The translations under genes were made by a program, and so were the position numbers. From Entomortierella parvispora E1425 (taxonomy: Eukaryota; Fungi; Mortierellomycota), in contig BQFW01000015.1 in NCBI GenBank assembly GCA_020891255.1, forward strand, positions 2,728,001 through 2,792,000: a DNA stretch of 64,000 bases, read 5' to 3'. The notes under the pieces are model-generated. The model saw only the letters and a list, made by a program, of their open reading frames with translations. It was not told where the DNA came from and ran no database searches. Below, piece by piece: positions 63,647 through 64,000 of the stretch (position 1 is the first letter of the stretch; each line of letters starts with the position of its first letter).

Positions 63647-64000
63647 TCGCCCTGGACTTGATCGAAGAAGCCGTGCTTCCTCATACCACTCATTGTATTA
63701 TACTGCATCATATCACAAATAAATTATATGCTGGGTGCTGGTCACCTGCACACACAGTAGACGCTCGCCATTGACTTTGTGCAAAACTACTAGAGTCTGT
63801 GGAATACCGATGTGAATGTTCCTTGAGCTGATTCCAACCATCGATGGATCTCCGTTGTGCTGAGGCCATGCCTCATGACCTCGTTATATAAGACTACAAG
63901 AATGACTTATTGCGTCCAAGTACGAGAAATAAAATGCTCGCATCATTAAGATCCAAGTAAGATACTCTGACCAGGGAGCACCTACGACACCAACAATATA

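Overview
Eukaryotic, intron-rich, gene-dense fungal chromosomal DNA of roughly 50% GC. Sequence style and gene content suggest an early-diverging fungus, probably Mortierellaceae; this is inference, as no database search was run. I reconstruct about 33 protein-coding genes by manual splicing, mostly housekeeping: Cu-ATPase C-terminus, RBM42, an SGNH-fold protein, MRPS9, a CorA Mg transporter, PHO89, 14-3-3, a methyltransferase, G3BP/Nxt3, Ariadne, an orphan, a BCL7-like gene, HIS3, a Gfo/Idh/MocA oxidoreductase, RAD51C, ELP5, DPP4, PSMG3, BCAT, RXT3, H2A/H2B, uL15, ERV14, GMF, H3/H4, Grx3/4, USE1, SCAP, MGR2, WDR26 and an RlpA/expansin-like gene. I found no transposon, CRISPR array, rRNA or tRNA. 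The most interesting observations are: (1) all four core histone genes lie within 6.8 kb as two divergent pairs with 535 and 536 bp spacers that share a clustered (G)CGAATT(T)/CAATT motif; (2) a long uL15 intron carries a two-stem hairpin with H/ACA-like geometry plus repeated motifs; (3) a metallothionein-like CxC-xx-CxC-xx-CxC loop is inserted in the Cu-ATPase; (4) a BCL7-like gene; (5) an SGNH protein lacking its catalytic Ser; (6) GCATGCAT recurs upstream of many genes; (7) three probable GC-AG introns. CDS coordinates are spliced gene spans (start codon to stop) derived by eye.
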